IMG/VR virus record: IMGVR_UViG_3300028590_000016
Location: 1-62,672 of that record
Direction: 5' to 3' (one strand)
DNA from: a virus
Lineage: Duplodnaviria; Caudoviricetes
DNA: 62,672 nt
Under the pieces are notes generated by a model. It did not search any database. It saw nothing but the letters and a program-made list of their open reading frames with translations, and was not told the origin of the DNA. Below are positions 62,268-62,672 of the stretch, one piece after another; the first letter of the stretch is position 1; each line of letters begins with the position of its first letter. The translations under genes and the position numbers were made by a program.

Positions 62268-62576
62268 ATGGGCAAGCTTACGAACATCCAGCCACGACTG
62301 AAGACGATCGACCCGCGCAGGAAAACGCTACAGCCCGCCGCAGCGCACCGCAGAACCGGGGCGTGGCTTCAGGAGCGGAATCATCGCATCAAGCTCAGGG
62401 ACCAGTGGACGTGCAAGGCATGCGGAAGGGTCACATCTGACTTAGAGGTCGATCACATCGTGCCGCTGCACCTCGGCGGCAGCGACGATGATTGCAACCT
62501 GCAATGTCTCTGCGCCGGTCCCGGCCTCTGCCATGCCATCAAGACGCGGCAGGAGTCGAAAGGGCGCGCTTTGTGA
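62268..62576 (+). CDS. HNH endonuclease (terminase-associated, HK97 gp74-like)
   Basis: RD.W.C..CG, EVDHIVPL..GG.D...NLQ.LC..CH..KT. Confidence 0.9.
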   Translation: MGKLTNIQPRLKTIDPRRKTLQPAAAHRRTGAWLQERNHRIKLRDQWTCKACGRVTSDLEVDHIVPLHLGGSDDDCNLQCLCAGPGLCHAIKTRQESKGRAL

Positions 62577-62672
62577 TGCAATTTGCATGATTTTTGCTAG
62601 AAAACAACGAATCGTGCGGGATGCAATTGCCCCGGAGTCTGGTAGACCGGGGGGGGTGGGGCCGCGCAAATC
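62577..62672 (+). other. Probable packaging (cos-like) region
   Basis: Follows HNH; ATGCAATT repeats and GACC-G8 run; window ends here. Confidence 0.4.

Noticed and set aside
1-62672. CRISPR array, diversity-generating retroelement, retron or stop-codon recoding
   Set aside because: No repeat-spacer array, reverse transcriptase, TR/VR pair or suppressor tRNA seen; genes read through intact with the standard code

Overview
62.7 kb of a lambdoid/HK97-like siphophage genome, probably from a Xanthomonadales host (inferred from RdgC, SSB and a D-x-x-F-x-x-G-F motif protein). The window starts in the neck/tail module and ends just after the terminase-associated HNH gene; terminase, portal and capsid genes lie outside it. 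Layout: tail genes (+, 1-13.4 kb); a 30 kb leftward early operon of mostly small accessory genes with ERF, exonuclease, SSB and RdgC; a divergent promoter pair with only a Cro-like gene (no CI or integrase seen); replication initiator and a primase-helicase carrying a class 3 intein; nin-like genes; a non-coding RNA island (54.7-55.85 kb); lysis cassette; HNH. The main find is in the RNA island: a canonical hammerhead ribozyme placed right after tRNA-Asp, whose predicted cut (after A55531) creates the 5' end of a circularly permuted tRNA mimic with the architecture of a bacterial Y RNA (YrlA-like). No Ro60 gene is present in the window. Upstream lies about 450 nt of highly structured non-coding sequence. 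Other observations: a TAGG-N4-CCTA operator at six sigma70-like promoters, several more structured intergenic RNAs, and a glycosyltransferase among the virion genes. All family calls are from motif recognition by eye; no searches were run.
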